Part shown: piece after piece, positions 63,619-64,000 of the stretch
Position numbering within the stretch: the stretch's first letter is position 1
How the letters are laid out: each line of letters begins with the position of its first letter
Origin: Podarcis vaucheri
Taxonomy: Eukaryota
Reading direction: 5' to 3' (one strand)
DNA: 64,000 nt
Assembly (NCBI GenBank): GCA_965113315.1
Contig: OZ220368.1
Position numbers and translations under genes: made by a program
Notes under the pieces: model-generated
What the model saw: the letters and a program-made list of their open reading frames with translations, nothing else
What the model was told of the DNA's origin: nothing
The model's database searches: none

Positions 63619-64000
63619 CTATTAACAAAATATAACAGACTTGTATTTGAACTAATAGTTCTTATTCGCTCAACTCCTGTCAAAGTTATTGCTTCGCAAA
63701 TTCTGAAAATCCAGGACATATCCCATCATTATAATACTTGTAACAAATAAATGGCCTGCACAAATACAAAATGTCAGTAGCCAGACATTTCTCCAATCAA
63801 GGGATGCTGCAAAAGCCATGTGTGCCACATTAAGATGCTTGGCAGAAAGATGGGATATGAATGTAGCAATAAATAAACTATTATTTTTAGCCAGTGGGTC
63901 TCAAACCCTCAGTGAATTAGAAACGCCACCTGCATGCAAAGACAGGCTTGGGTAGATTGAGCGGACGAGACAAGAAGGTGGTTTCTGCATGTGCTGTAGA

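Overview
This is vertebrate genomic DNA, almost certainly from a squamate and probably a lacertid lizard (Sauria/POM-type SINEs, Squam3-like SINEs, squamate CR1/L2/RTE debris and MITEs). It covers the conserved SLC1A7-PODN-SCP2 syntenic block. (1) The last five coding exons of SLC1A7/EAAT5 are on the + strand (97-8893, ending in the ETNV PDZ motif). (2) The complete podocan (PODN) CDS is on the - strand (nine coding exons, 38085 to 21625, 596 aa), with inferred non-coding first and last exons. (3) The last seven exons of SCP2/SCPx are on the - strand (63618 to 47663, ending in the AKL PTS1). All coding junctions are GT-AG and keep the frame. Exon numbers follow the human orthologues from memory. 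Nearly all other ORFs in the supplied track are spurious or TE-derived. I could not support any wholly new multi-gene system. The best leads are RNA-level: a strand-biased 34-bp hairpin in the putative SLC1A7 3' UTR, candidate alternative C-terminal exons for EAAT5, candidate NMD switches in SCP2, a PODN 3'-UTR intron and uORFs, inverted TE pairs in PODN introns, and Penelope-type hammerhead relics, one with a single core substitution.
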